64,000 nt of DNA. Origin: Syntrophales bacterium. Its GTDB lineage: Bacteria; Desulfobacterota; Syntrophia; Syntrophales; UBA4778. The stretch is taken from NCBI GenBank assembly GCA_963665615.2, contig CAXXQE010000008.1, positions 496,001 to 560,000 on the forward strand, read 5' to 3'. The notes under the pieces were generated by a model that saw only the letters and a list, made by a program, of their open reading frames with translations, was not told where the DNA came from and did not search any database. Below are positions 12,574 through 22,681 of this stretch, in pieces (position 1 is the stretch's first letter; each line of letters begins with the position of its first letter). The translations under genes and the position numbers were made by a program.

Positions 12574-13323
12574 ATGAAAATCGTCTGCATTATTCCGTCA
12601 AGATACAGTTCGAGCCGCTTTGAGGGGAAACCCCTCGCGGACCTGTGCGGCAAGCCGATGATCCAGCACGTCTATGAACGGGTCAAAAGGTCTTCGCGGG
12701 TCTCCTTTGCCGCCGTTGCGACGGACGACCGGCGGATTTTCGAAGCCGTCCGTGCTTTCGGCGGCGATGCTGTCATGACCTCAGAACGCCACCGCTCCGG
12801 TTCAGACCGCATTGCAGAGGCGGTTTCTCAGCTCGGCCTGGCCGACTCCGATATCGTGGTGAATATCCAGGGCGATCAGCCTCTCTTTGAACCTTTGCAG
12901 ATTGATGAGGTCACCGATCCCCTGGTGAAGGACCCGTCGGTTGAATTCAGCACCCTGATCTACCGGATCCGTCGCGACGAGGAGATCACCCATCCCAATG
13001 CGGTCAAGGTGGTCTTCGACCGGAATCACTTCGCCCTCTATTTCTCCCGGGCGACGATCCCCTACGTGCGCGATCCGGGGAATACGGCAACCTACTACAA
13101 ACATCACGGGATCTACGCCTATCGATATGATTTCCTGAATGTTTTTACGAAACTAGAGGAAGGATATCTCGAAAAGCTGGAGGCCTTGGAACAACTTCGG
13201 GCGCTCGAATACGGCTACCGGCTCAAAGTGGTGGAGACGCCGTATGATTCTGTCGAGGTAGATACGCCGGCGGAGTTGGCTCGGGTCGCCCGCATCATCC
13301 GCGGCGAGGAGCCCGCGCCGTAA
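12574..13323 (+). CDS. kdsB: 3-deoxy-manno-octulosonate cytidylyltransferase
   Basis: IPSRYSSSRFEGKPL, NIQGDQP, LYFSR, LEQLRAL. Confidence 0.95.
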   Translation: MKIVCIIPSRYSSSRFEGKPLADLCGKPMIQHVYERVKRSSRVSFAAVATDDRRIFEAVRAFGGDAVMTSERHRSGSDRIAEAVSQLGLADSDIVVNIQGDQPLFEPLQIDEVTDPLVKDPSVEFSTLIYRIRRDEEITHPNAVKVVFDRNHFALYFSRATIPYVRDPGNTATYYKHHGIYAYRYDFLNVFTKLEEGYLEKLEALEQLRALEYGYRLKVVETPYDSVEVDTPAELARVARIIRGEEPAP

Positions 13324-13422
13324 CGGTCGCGGCGCCCTGTCGCAACATCCTAATAAGCCTTGACAAAATTAAGCCAGTATGATTAATAGACCAGCTTCTA
13401 TCAACTTCAACGGGAAGCAGAC

Positions 13423-13560
13423 ATGAAAAAGACATTAACGACACCCACCAATCTAAAGAGAAAGAGAACCCACGGGTTTCTGACCCGCATGGCGACCAAG
13501 GGCGGCCGCCTGGTTTTGAACAGAAGAAGGGCGAAGGGAAGAAAGAGATTGACGGTATAG
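13423..13560 (+). CDS. rpmH: 50S ribosomal protein L34 (below the ORF-track length cutoff)
   Basis: Manual translation [45 protein letters not shown]; lies upstream of rnpA. Confidence 0.96.
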   Translation: MKKTLTTPTNLKRKRTHGFLTRMATKGGRLVLNRRRAKGRKRLTV

Positions 13561-13617
13561 CGTCGATTCGCGACGTGTGCGCCTGCTGACCGGATCGGAA
13601 GCGGTCCAAAGCCCAAC

Positions 13618-14004
13618 ATGAGAAAAGAATCCTTGCCTCCTCAAGAGAGGCTCCGGAAGAAAAAGGATTTCGATCGGGTCTATCGGCAGGGTCTGCGGCG
13701 TACATCGCGCAGTTTTACCGTCCTGATTTGTCCTTTCAACGGAAAAACACCCCCCCCAACGGAAACGACGGGGGGCATCGTTCCGGGGAATAGACGACTT
13801 GGGGTCTCCGTCAGCAAGAAGGTCGGCAACGCGGTCACCAGAAACAGATTCAAACGGCTCTTGAGAGAATTTTTCAGGAGAAACAAAGACAGGCTTCCGC
13901 CCGCGAGCGACATCCTCGTCATGGTTAAAAAAAATGCGATGGCGCGAAGCTATCAGGATGTCTATGCCGAGCTGGGAGATATTTTATTCAAAACCGTAGG
14001 CTGA
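13618..14004 (+). CDS. rnpA: Ribonuclease P protein component
   Basis: RLGVSVSKKVGNAVTRNRFKRLLRE (RNR motif). Confidence 0.95.
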   Translation: MRKESLPPQERLRKKKDFDRVYRQGLRRTSRSFTVLICPFNGKTPPPTETTGGIVPGNRRLGVSVSKKVGNAVTRNRFKRLLREFFRRNKDRLPPASDILVMVKKNAMARSYQDVYAELGDILFKTVG

Positions 14005-14014
14005 TGGTCCTAAT

Positions 14015-14224
14015 TTGAATAGACCCCTTATTTTGTTAATTCGTTTGTACAAGCTTCTGATCTCCCCCCTTTTCCCCGGCGCTTGTCGTTTTTATCCCAC
14101 ATGCTCTGATTATATGATGCTTGCCGTCCGGCAATACGGCGCCGTCAAAGGGGTATGGCTCGGTCTCAAGAGGCTGGGACGCTGTCATCCCTTCAGCCCG
14201 GGCGGCTACGATCCCGTTGATTGA
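14015..14224 (+). CDS. yidD: Membrane protein insertion efficiency factor
   Basis: CRFYPTCSDY, RCHPFSPGGYDPV. Confidence 0.95.
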   Translation: MNRPLILLIRLYKLLISPLFPGACRFYPTCSDYMMLAVRQYGAVKGVWLGLKRLGRCHPFSPGGYDPVD

Positions 14225-14245
14225 AGGTAGTTACTTGGAGGCACC

Positions 14246-15859
14246 ATGGAAAAAAGGGCTATTCTGGCCGTCGTCTTATCGCTGATCGTTGTCTTTGCGT
14301 ACCAGTTTTTCTTCGTAAAACCGAAGGTCGAAACCATTACTCACGTGACCCCAGGACCGGCGGCACAGCAGCAGGCCTCCAAAGAGGCGGCCCCCGCTCT
14401 ACAGGCGCCGAAACCAGAGGCGGCAGCCGCGCCATCGACGGCCCTCGTTGCGACGGCGCATGCGCCCGAAAAGGCAATCACCGTTGAAACCCCGTTGTAT
14501 ACCGCTCGGTTCAGCACAAAAGGCGGAACCCTCACGTCCTTCAAGTTGAAGCCTTTCAAAACGACATTGAAAGACGCCAGCCCCGTCGAACTGGTCGATA
14601 TGAACGGCCTGCCGGATGCACCCCTGGCGGTGACCTTTCCGGATTCCGCCGTTAGCATTCCTGCAGACGCCCCTTATGAGAGCAATGTCGATTCCCTGCA
14701 GCTGACCCCTGCGGGGCGTTCCGGTAAATTGATTCTGACCCTGAACGCTCCCGGCCAGTTGAAGGTGGAAAAGATTTTCACCTTTTACGCGGATAAGTAT
14801 GCCTTCGACCTGGATGTCCGGGTCCTGAACCCCTCCAGCGCCAACCTGAGCCAGAACGCGGCCTTGAGTTGGACACGCTATCTCGATCCGAACGCCAAGG
14901 AAGACAGCTACGGTCACGATGGCCCGATTTATCTGGCGAAGGACGGCGTCGAGCGTGAGAAGCAGTCGAAGATCCAGCCCCGGTCCAGCGTCGGCCCCGG
15001 CGTCTCCTGGGGCGCCTATGAGTCCAAGTACTTCATCGCCGCGATCATCCCCAAACAGCCCTCTGTCACCAACCTGGTCTTCGGAAAGGATCAGCGGAAT
15101 ATGGCCTTTGTCGGTCTGGAAGGCCCAAAGAGCCTGATTCCCGCCGGTCAAGAGGGGCAGTTCAGCTACAGCCTTTATCTCGGCCCGAAGGATTATAACC
15201 TGCTGAAAGCTCAGGGCGTCGATCTGGAGAATGCCATCGATTACGGGTGGATCAGGTGGCTGGCCCTGCCGCTGCTGCTTTCGCTGAAATTCCTCTACAA
15301 ATTTATTCCGAACTACGGCGTGGTCATTATCCTGATTACGATTCTGATCAAGATCGTCTTCTGGCCGCTCGGCAACAAGAGTTACAAGTCTATGAAGGCC
15401 ATGCAGGCGCTTCAGCCGAAGATGACCGAACTGAAGGAAAAGTACAAAAACGACAAGGCCCGTTTGAACCAGGAAGTCATGCAGCTCTACAAAAATCACA
15501 ACGTCAATCCGATGAGCGGCTGTCTGCCGATCCTTATCCAGATCCCGGTCTTTTTCGGTCTTTACAAGGCGCTGCTCTATTCCATTGAACTGCGCCACGC
15601 GCCTTTCCTGTGGTGGTTGCAGGATCTTTCCGCCAAAGATCCCTATTACATTACCCCGATTATTATGGGCGCGACGATGTTCTGGCAGCAGAAGCTCAGC
15701 CCGCAGAGTCCCGACCCGATGCAGGCGAAGCTCATGCTGTTCATGCCCATCATTTTCACTTTTATGTTCTTGAACTTTCCGTCCGGTCTCGTCATCTACT
15801 GGCTCTTCAACAACATCTTGAGCATTGGGCAACAGTATTACATCAACAAGCAAGCTTGA
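14246..15859 (+). CDS. yidC: Membrane protein insertase YidC
   Basis: NPMSGCLPILIQIPVFF, WLQDLSAKDPYYI, GLVIYW. Confidence 0.96.
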   Translation: MEKRAILAVVLSLIVVFAYQFFFVKPKVETITHVTPGPAAQQQASKEAAPALQAPKPEAAAAPSTALVATAHAPEKAITVETPLYTARFSTKGGTLTSFKLKPFKTTLKDASPVELVDMNGLPDAPLAVTFPDSAVSIPADAPYESNVDSLQLTPAGRSGKLILTLNAPGQLKVEKIFTFYADKYAFDLDVRVLNPSSANLSQNAALSWTRYLDPNAKEDSYGHDGPIYLAKDGVEREKQSKIQPRSSVGPGVSWGAYESKYFIAAIIPKQPSVTNLVFGKDQRNMAFVGLEGPKSLIPAGQEGQFSYSLYLGPKDYNLLKAQGVDLENAIDYGWIRWLALPLLLSLKFLYKFIPNYGVVIILITILIKIVFWPLGNKSYKSMKAMQALQPKMTELKEKYKNDKARLNQEVMQLYKNHNVNPMSGCLPILIQIPVFFGLYKALLYSIELRHAPFLWWLQDLSAKDPYYITPIIMGATMFWQQKLSPQSPDPMQAKLMLFMPIIFTFMFLNFPSGLVIYWLFNNILSIGQQYYINKQA

Positions 15860-15879
15860 GACAATAAGGATGCAACACC

Positions 15880-16680
15880 ATGGAATCAAAGGAAATAGAA
15901 GGGAAGACCATCGATCAGGCGATCGAAGCCGCCTGTCGTTATTTTGATGTACCGCGTGGAAAACTGAATATAGAAATTCTGTCTGAAGGTTCCTCGGGCT
16001 TTCTGGGGATTGGTGCAAAGAAGGCTCGAATCCGGGCCGCGCTCCTGTCGTTGGACATGGCTTTAGACGATGCCTTTGAAAAACCCATTCGCCTGGAAGA
16101 CAAAAGCCAACAGATATTCCGGCTGGCGGAGATCAATCCCGTGACGCCTGCGCCCAAGGCCTCTGTCGCGTCCACCGAGCAAAACGCCGATGTGGCCGCA
16201 ACGGCTCAAAAGGCCGGCGACCTGCTGGGGGGGATCCTAAAGCACATGGGTTTCAACCTTCCCTTTACCTGGGAGGAGAAAGGGGGGGCGATCGTCTTTC
16301 GGATCACCGGCGGGGATACGGAAGATCTCATCGGAAAGGGCGGACAAACTCTCGACGCCATTCAGTACATCCTCAACAAGGCGGTGATTCCAGGTGGTTC
16401 CGGTAAAAAGAAGATCGTTCTGGATACCGACGAATACCGCGTAAAGCGGGAGCAATATCTGGTGGCTCTGGCAACGCGACTGGCAGAAAAGGTCAAGCGA
16501 ACGCACAAGCCCGTTTCCGTGGACAATTTGAATGCCCATGACCGGCGAATCATTCACTTGGCCCTGCAGGGGGACGCCGCCCTGATGACGAAAAGCCGCG
16601 GGGAAGGCGCCTTCCGCAAGATCATCATCATGCCGGCCAAAAAGTCAGATACCGCCAAGCCCCGCAACAATCAGGCGTAA
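15880..16680 (+). CDS. jag: Jag/EloR RNA-binding protein (Jag-N, KH, R3H)
   Basis: EGKTIDQAIE, LIGKGGQTLDAIQ, DRRIIH. Confidence 0.93.
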   Translation: MESKEIEGKTIDQAIEAACRYFDVPRGKLNIEILSEGSSGFLGIGAKKARIRAALLSLDMALDDAFEKPIRLEDKSQQIFRLAEINPVTPAPKASVASTEQNADVAATAQKAGDLLGGILKHMGFNLPFTWEEKGGAIVFRITGGDTEDLIGKGGQTLDAIQYILNKAVIPGGSGKKKIVLDTDEYRVKREQYLVALATRLAEKVKRTHKPVSVDNLNAHDRRIIHLALQGDAALMTKSRGEGAFRKIIIMPAKKSDTAKPRNNQA

Positions 16681-16756
16681 TCCGCCCGGGAAGGCAATCG
16701 AACACGTACGACCAACAAGGGGGCCTGGCGCCCCCTTTCTCTGTTAGAGGGACTTA

Positions 16757-18151
16757 ATGGCATCCGTCGTCCGCATCGCACATGACGATACAATCGCCGC
16801 CATCTCGACCCCGCTCGGGACAGGAGGGATCGGGATCGTCCGCGTAAGCGGTCCCGACGCTGAGGCGATCGCCCGCCGGGTCTTTCGACCGGACAGACCG
16901 TTCGAAGCTATTGTTTCCCATCATCTCTATCACGGCGATCTGATCGATCTGGAGACGGGATCGGCGATTGACGAGGTCCTGGCCGTCCTCATGCGCGGCC
17001 CCCATTCCTATACAGGTCAAGATATCATGGAGATCCACTGTCACGGGGGCCCCGCCATTGTACAGATGATCCTGGTGCAGACCCTCCGGGCCGGCGCACG
17101 TCCTGCGCGGGCCGGAGAATTTACTGAACGGGCGTATTTAAACGGCCGCCTGGATCTTATCCAGGCCGAGGCCGTCATGGATATGATCCAGGCCCGGTCT
17201 GAGCGCGGCCTCAAGCAGGCCCTGTCGAATCTGAAGGGACGCCTCTCCAGGGAGGTGCAAGCCCTCCGCACCCTGACCCTCGATCTGCTGGCGCTTCTGG
17301 AGGCCGCCATCGATTTTCCGGAAGAGGACACAGCGCTTACCCGCAACGAGCTCACAGACCGGATCGATCGCATTGCCGAGCACATTGACGCGCTCATCGC
17401 CACCTACCGCGAAGGCAAACTCTGCAAGGACGGGATGGAGGTCGTCATAGCCGGCAAGACCAATGTGGGCAAGTCGAGCCTGCTCAACCGCCTGCTGGGC
17501 GAGGAGCGGGCCATTGTAACCCCCATGGCCGGGACGACCCGCGACTTTATCGCCGAGGCGATCACCGTGCTGGGTATTGTCGTTCGGCTTACCGATACCG
17601 CCGGGGTCCGCGAGGCCAGCGACGTCATCGAACGCAAGGGGATCGAAAAGGTCTGGGAGAGAATCGACCGCGCCGACGCGATCTTGCTCGTTCTCGACGG
17701 CAGTGCCCCCGTGGGGGATGAAGACCGGGATATTATGGAAAAAATCGCCGGTCACCGGATAATTGTAGCTCTTAACAAAAGTGACCTGCCCGCAGGCGTT
17801 CAGGAAGAAACCATTCGCGAATTCCTGCCTGATGCCGATGTGATCCGGATTTCTGCAAAAACGGGCGACGGAATCGACCGGCTCAAGGCCTGTCTCCATC
17901 AGGCGGCGGCAACGCTGACAACCGACGACCCGGATCATCCGGTCATCTCCAACTTGCGTCACAGGGAGGCGCTGGAGCGTGCCCGGGCGCTTTTGACCGC
18001 CGCGCACGCCCATATCCGCGAGGGGGTTCCCCCGGAACTCGCTGCGGTGGATCTGCGTGATGCCTTCGAGGCTCTGGGCGAGTTGATCGGGGAGACGACC
18101 GCGGAGGATGTGTTGGAGAGGATTTTCTCTACCTTCTGCATTGGCAAGTAA
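16757..18151 (+). CDS. mnmE: tRNA modification GTPase MnmE
   Basis: [28 protein letters not shown]-terminal FCIGK. Confidence 0.97.
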   Translation: MASVVRIAHDDTIAAISTPLGTGGIGIVRVSGPDAEAIARRVFRPDRPFEAIVSHHLYHGDLIDLETGSAIDEVLAVLMRGPHSYTGQDIMEIHCHGGPAIVQMILVQTLRAGARPARAGEFTERAYLNGRLDLIQAEAVMDMIQARSERGLKQALSNLKGRLSREVQALRTLTLDLLALLEAAIDFPEEDTALTRNELTDRIDRIAEHIDALIATYREGKLCKDGMEVVIAGKTNVGKSSLLNRLLGEERAIVTPMAGTTRDFIAEAITVLGIVVRLTDTAGVREASDVIERKGIEKVWERIDRADAILLVLDGSAPVGDEDRDIMEKIAGHRIIVALNKSDLPAGVQEETIREFLPDADVIRISAKTGDGIDRLKACLHQAAATLTTDDPDHPVISNLRHREALERARALLTAAHAHIREGVPPELAAVDLRDAFEALGELIGETTAEDVLERIFSTFCIGK

Positions 18152-18153
18152 TG

Positions 18154-18273
18154 GGCTGCCCAGAAACGGCCATCTGCGTTGTGGCGCTGCGGATCCTCGG
18201 TGCTCACGTATTAACTATACGCTGCGCGCCTCGGCCCTTGCGCGCCTAGCATCTGACCATTTCTGAACAGGCC
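18154..18273. mobile_element. Family A palindromic MITE-like element, copy 1
   Basis: Ends GGCTGCCCAGAAACGG...CCATTTCTGAACAGGCC, core TGCTCACGTATTAACTATACGCT; directly after the mnmE stop. Confidence 0.75.
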
Positions 18274-18307
18274 GTACAGGATGGACTCTCGATACGCGGT
18301 CAGTAAA

Positions 18308-18392
18308 CGTTTCAAGTCCAGAGACTTGGTTTCAAGTCAAATGGCGCGTTACGGCGTTTTGCCTGTCACTCGTCACTTTGTTGCCTGTCACT
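18308..18392. repeat. Degenerate heptamer arrays (NGTTTCA-type, then YGTCACT-type)
   Basis: cgtttca agtccag...ggtttca agtcaaa; tgtcact cgtcact tgttgcc tgtcact. Confidence 0.55.
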
Positions 18393-18415
18393 GTGGGTCT
18401 AGCCCTGTTTTTTGG

Positions 18416-18443
18416 TTGACGCGTGGGGAGGATCTGTTATAAC
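18416..18443 (+). promoter_or_regulatory. Candidate sigma70 promoter for the transketolase genes
   Basis: TTGACG-N16-TATAAC with extended -10 TG. Confidence 0.5.
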
Positions 18444-18512
18444 TCGCACCATCCCGAGCCTGCCGGAGTGGCATGGCCGGGCATTAAATTTTGATGCATA
18501 TTCGATAACGCC

Positions 18513-19343
18513 ATGACCTTACAAGACATTTCCCAATTAAACGAGACCGCCCGGCATATGAGGGTCGAGATCCTCAAGATGCTCCACTGTGCCAAATCGG
18601 GGCACACGGGGGGATCTCTCTCCGCAACCGATATCCTGACCGCCTTATATTTTCGGGTGATGAACCACCGTCCGGACGAACCCGCCTGGGAGGCGCGCGA
18701 CCGTTTCGTGCTGTCCAAGGGGCATGCCGCCCCGGCGCTCTATACTGCACTCGCCCTGAGCGGCTACTTCGACCGCAAGGAGCTCGCCACGCTGCGCCAG
18801 CTGAACAGCTGCCTTCAGGGGCATCCCGACATGCTCAAGACCAAGGGGGTCAATGCCTCCTCCGGCTCGCTCGGCCAGGGTCTGTCCATCGCCAACGGCA
18901 TGGCGATGGGGATGCGCCTCGACGGAATCGCCGCCAATGTCTATGTCCTCCTGGGCGACGGGGAACTGCAGGAAGGGCAGGTCTGGGAGGCGGCCATGAC
19001 CGCAGCCCATTACCGGCTCGGCAAGATCGTCGCTATTGTGGACAACAACGGCCTGCAGATCGACGGCGCCGTCAAGGATGTCATGGGCATCGACCCGCTG
19101 CCTGAAAAATGGAGCGCCTTTGGCTGGGACGTCCAGGCGATCGACGGTCACGACATGGGCCAGATCCTGGCGGCTCTCGAACAGGCCCGGCAGAAAGGCC
19201 CAAATGATCGTCCCTCGGTCATCATCGCCAAAACGGTCAAGGGCAAAGGGGTTTCCATCTTTGAACATCAGGCCAAATACCACGGCACGCCGCCCAACGA
19301 CGCGGAACTGGCGCAGGCCCTGAAAGAACTGGGAGAAGCATAA
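18513..19343 (+). CDS. Transketolase N-terminal (TPP-binding) subunit
   Basis: SGHTGGSLS, DRFVLSKGHAAPALY, LQGHP, GDGELQEG. Confidence 0.95.
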   Translation: MTLQDISQLNETARHMRVEILKMLHCAKSGHTGGSLSATDILTALYFRVMNHRPDEPAWEARDRFVLSKGHAAPALYTALALSGYFDRKELATLRQLNSCLQGHPDMLKTKGVNASSGSLGQGLSIANGMAMGMRLDGIAANVYVLLGDGELQEGQVWEAAMTAAHYRLGKIVAIVDNNGLQIDGAVKDVMGIDPLPEKWSAFGWDVQAIDGHDMGQILAALEQARQKGPNDRPSVIIAKTVKGKGVSIFEHQAKYHGTPPNDAELAQALKELGEA

Positions 19344-20291
19344 GTGGACGTACTAGGAACCAGAGAAACATACGGAGAGGTCCTGCTGGCGTTGGGCCGG
19401 ACCGACAACCGGATCGTCGTGCTCGATGCCGACCTGTCGGGCTCCACGATGACGAAGCACTTTGCCAAGGCATTCCCGGACCGGTTTTTCAACATGGGGG
19501 TGTCCGAGCAGGACATGATCGGCACAGCAGCAGGGCTTGCCCTGGCCGGAAAAATTCCCTTTGTGAGCACCTTCGCCATCTTTGCCACGGGTCGGGTCTG
19601 GGAGCAGATCCGCCAGGCCGTCGCCTACCCGCGTCTCAACGTGAAGATCGTCGCCAGCCACGGCGGGATCTGTGTCGGCGAAGACGGGGCGTCTCATCAG
19701 GCTCTGGAGGATATCGCCCTCATGCGCGTGATTCCCAACATGACCGTCATCGTTCCCGCCGATGGCCATGAACTGAAGGGAATCCTCCAAACCGTCCTCA
19801 ACACCCCCGGCCCCTTTTACGTCCGCACCTCGCGAATGAAATTTCCCGTGGTCTGCCGGGATGCCGCGCCCTTTGAAATCGGCAAGGGCAACATCCTGCA
19901 GGAAGGCAGCGACGCGACCGTCGTCGCCATCGGCCTCATGGTCTCCGAGGCCCTCCAGGCCGCCGAGACCCTCGCGCAAAAGGGAATCTCGGTTCGCGTC
20001 GTCAACATGTCCAGCGTCAAACCGATCGACGAGGCCCTGCTCATCGACAGCGCCTGCAAGACCGGGGCGATCGTCACGGCGGAGGAACACTCCACCGTAG
20101 GCGGCCTGGGCGGCGCCGTCTGCGAAGTCCTCGCCCGGACGTGCCCCGTGCCTGTGCGCATGGTCGGGGTGGAAGACCGCTTCGGCACCTCCGGCACCGC
20201 TCCCGATCTGCTCGCCTACTACGGGTTGAACGCCGCCGGTATCGTCGAAAAGGTCGAAGCGGTTCTCGCCGCAAAGCGCAAGGGCTGTTGA
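19344..20291 (+). CDS. Transketolase C-terminal subunit
   Basis: LDADLSGST, NMGVSEQDM, GEDGASHQ, TAEEH. Confidence 0.95.
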   Translation: MDVLGTRETYGEVLLALGRTDNRIVVLDADLSGSTMTKHFAKAFPDRFFNMGVSEQDMIGTAAGLALAGKIPFVSTFAIFATGRVWEQIRQAVAYPRLNVKIVASHGGICVGEDGASHQALEDIALMRVIPNMTVIVPADGHELKGILQTVLNTPGPFYVRTSRMKFPVVCRDAAPFEIGKGNILQEGSDATVVAIGLMVSEALQAAETLAQKGISVRVVNMSSVKPIDEALLIDSACKTGAIVTAEEHSTVGGLGGAVCEVLARTCPVPVRMVGVEDRFGTSGTAPDLLAYYGLNAAGIVEKVEAVLAAKRKGC

Positions 20292-20338
20292 ATTCTTTGG
20301 CGAGCGCATAAGAACAAATCATCTACCTTCGGAATCGG

Positions 20339-20371
20339 AGATTCGCCAGAGCTTGTTCCGCTGATTCTTCA
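20339..20371. repeat. Family C hairpin repeat, copy 2
   Basis: AGATTCGCCAGAGCTTGTTCCGCTGATTCTT, preceded by ATCGG as in copy 1. Confidence 0.6.
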
Positions 20372-20502
20372 ATTGCTCCGGCAATTCAATTTCTAAACGA
20401 TCAGATGCGGTCTGCTCCGGTTTTAATCCGGACCTGGCGGGCGCTCGCTCGTTTCCGAATAGGGCACGGGGTGCCGAAGCAAAACAAAAAACAGAAGTAC
20501 CT

Positions 20503-20530
20503 TGTAACTTTAAACTGGGAACTCGAAACT
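20503..20530 (+). repeat. Heptamer array (NNNAACT)x4
   Basis: tgtaact ttaaact gggaact cgaaact. Confidence 0.7.
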
Positions 20531-20633
20531 GACCGCTTCAGCGGACGCGGTCCCGCCTTGATTTCTTACCGGTTTATCGCTATCATCCCGCACGAAGCAG
20601 CGCAGCCAATTCCCGAAAGGCACGGAAGACACC

Positions 20634-22157
20634 ATGGAAACATTTACACTGGCTGTCATCAGCCTGACGATCGCCGTTTCACTGTGGGTCCGAAAGAAAA
20701 AAACCCCCCTCTACGTCTGGTTTTCCGCCCTGTGCATCGCCCTGTTTTTGATGGCCTTGGGCTCATTTTTCTCCGATCTCTTCGCGCGCCGTTTCTGGCT
20801 GGTCGTTCATTACTTCGGAGCCTTGGCCATTGCACCCTTCGTCGTCGCCTTCAGCCGGTACTTTCTTGACAGCCGTGCCTATTTTCCCAAGAGCACCATT
20901 GTGGCGGCTTCGGCGATCAGCGCCGTCATCGGCCTGGCCTTTCTGACCCCTTTTGCCCCGGAGATTCCGCATCTGTCGAAGATTCCCTATCTCTATACAG
21001 CGATCATCCTCGCTTACTGCGGCGGTACGCTCTATTACTCCATTCGGCACAAGCTGCCCGTGGAGGACCGCAGACGGACTTCTTATGTGCTGCTCGCCTC
21101 GCTCATCGCGGCGCTGGTGAGCGCGCCCGACATCCTGGACTTCTTCGGCTACGCCGGCCCGCACCTGACGGCGATGGCCGTCTCAGCCCTGCTCTACCTC
21201 GTCTTTCTCGTCATCACCCACACCGAGCTTCCCGAATTGAACGGCCTTCTCATTCGGGCGCTCGTCACCTTCCTTTTGGTACTCTTTGCGGCCGCCATTT
21301 TCCTGCTGACAGTCGGCCTGTTCTGGAAAGGGCCCATGCCCCCGCACAACACGGCGCTCGTGGCGTCGCTCCTCATCATCATCGCGATGGACCCCTTCAA
21401 ACTCGTTCTGAAGAAGATCTTCGATTATTTCTTTCCCGAATCCCCCGAGGTCTTCGCCACCCTTTACGGCTTTGAGAAGGAGGTTGAGCGGGAGAAATCG
21501 ACTCTGCTCGAAGAGATGGCCACGGGGCTCGCCCACGAGATCCGCAACCCCCTCGGGTCCATCAAGGGCGCAGCGCAGTATCTGAGCGGCGAGGTCAATA
21601 CCGACAACCAGAAGCTCCTCAATGTCATCATCGAAGAGGTGGATCGTTTGAACAGCGCGGTCTCCCGCTTCCTCGACTATGCCAAGCCCTACAGTCTTCA
21701 CCTCAAATCGCAGGATATCCACGCCGTGATCGAAAAGGCGATTTCCATCATCCGGGCCAACAACCTCTCCGAGCAGGTCCGGATCGAAACGGAGTTCTTC
21801 CCGAACCTGCCGGCGGTGCAGATCGACGCCGAGCTGATCATCCAGGTGATCCTCAACATCTCGCTCAATGCCATCGATGCCATGCCCGAGGGCGGCACGC
21901 TTCACTTCCGCACCACGCGGATCGACCGTGACGAAGGCGCCGCTATCGCCCTGGCCATCCGCGACACCGGTGTCGGCATCCGGCGCGCGGATCTCCGCAA
22001 CATCTTCAAGCCCTTCTTCACGACCAAAGAGCGCGGTGTCGGCCTGGGGTTGGCCATCTGCCAGCGCATTATCCGCCAGCACGGGGGGATTTTGAGGGCG
22101 AAGTCGGTGGTGGGGAAGGGGACGGTGTTCTATATCCGTTTGCCGGCCGGCGGATGA
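20634..22157 (+). CDS. Multi-pass membrane sensor histidine kinase
   Basis: Hydrophobic N-terminal half; LAHEIRNPL H-box, NAIDAM, DTGVGI, FFTTK, GVGLGL. Confidence 0.93.
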   Translation: METFTLAVISLTIAVSLWVRKKKTPLYVWFSALCIALFLMALGSFFSDLFARRFWLVVHYFGALAIAPFVVAFSRYFLDSRAYFPKSTIVAASAISAVIGLAFLTPFAPEIPHLSKIPYLYTAIILAYCGGTLYYSIRHKLPVEDRRRTSYVLLASLIAALVSAPDILDFFGYAGPHLTAMAVSALLYLVFLVITHTELPELNGLLIRALVTFLLVLFAAAIFLLTVGLFWKGPMPPHNTALVASLLIIIAMDPFKLVLKKIFDYFFPESPEVFATLYGFEKEVEREKSTLLEEMATGLAHEIRNPLGSIKGAAQYLSGEVNTDNQKLLNVIIEEVDRLNSAVSRFLDYAKPYSLHLKSQDIHAVIEKAISIIRANNLSEQVRIETEFFPNLPAVQIDAELIIQVILNISLNAIDAMPEGGTLHFRTTRIDRDEGAAIALAIRDTGVGIRRADLRNIFKPFFTTKERGVGLGLAICQRIIRQHGGILRAKSVVGKGTVFYIRLPAGG

Positions 22158-22162
22158 GTTAA

Positions 22163-22283
22163 CGGGCTGTCCAGAAACGGCCATCTGCGTTCTTGCGCTC
22201 CGGTTGAGAATGCTCACGAGTTTAATGCGTGAGCACCGCGGCCCCGAGCGCAACGCCGTATATGAGCCTTTTTCAACAGCCCG
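22163..22283. mobile_element. Family A element, copy 2 (two left halves head-to-head)
   Basis: CGGGCTGTCCAGAAACGGCCATCTGCG...TGCTCACG / CGTGAGCA...TTTTTCAACAGCCCG. Confidence 0.7.
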
Positions 22284-22294
22284 GCGAGGAATGA

Positions 22295-22498
22295 ATGAGA
22301 AGCAACTGCACATGCGGACATGATGTGTTAGACCACGACCGGTACACGATGCAGTGCATGATCCGCGGGTGCGACTGCGACTGCTTTGCGGAAGATCGGC
22401 GGATGTGCGAGTGCGGGCATACGATCCATTTTCACAATGAGGCCTGCAGCCGCTGCGGCTGCAGCTTGTTTCGCCTGAAAGAGGAGGTGAAAGGATAA
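22295..22498 (+). CDS. 67-aa Cys/His-rich protein with two CxCGH-x4-H...CxCxxF repeats
   Basis: CTCGHDVLDH..C..GCDCDCF and CECGHTIHFH..CSRCGCSLF; GAGGA RBS upstream. Confidence 0.7.
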   Translation: MRSNCTCGHDVLDHDRYTMQCMIRGCDCDCFAEDRRMCECGHTIHFHNEACSRCGCSLFRLKEEVKG

Positions 22499-22681
22499 TC
22501 GCCTAATTTTGTTTGTCTTTATTTTTAAACCTCAAAAGCACCACGCCTTATTGGTTGACTTCATAGCAAAATCATCTTAGAAAAAGGGGCCGTTAGGCTT
22601 TCAAAAGGGTGTCATCCGGTCAAGGGGGTTTTCCCTCCAACTGCGGACCCAAAATTCAGAACTCGGAACCCTTCATTCACC

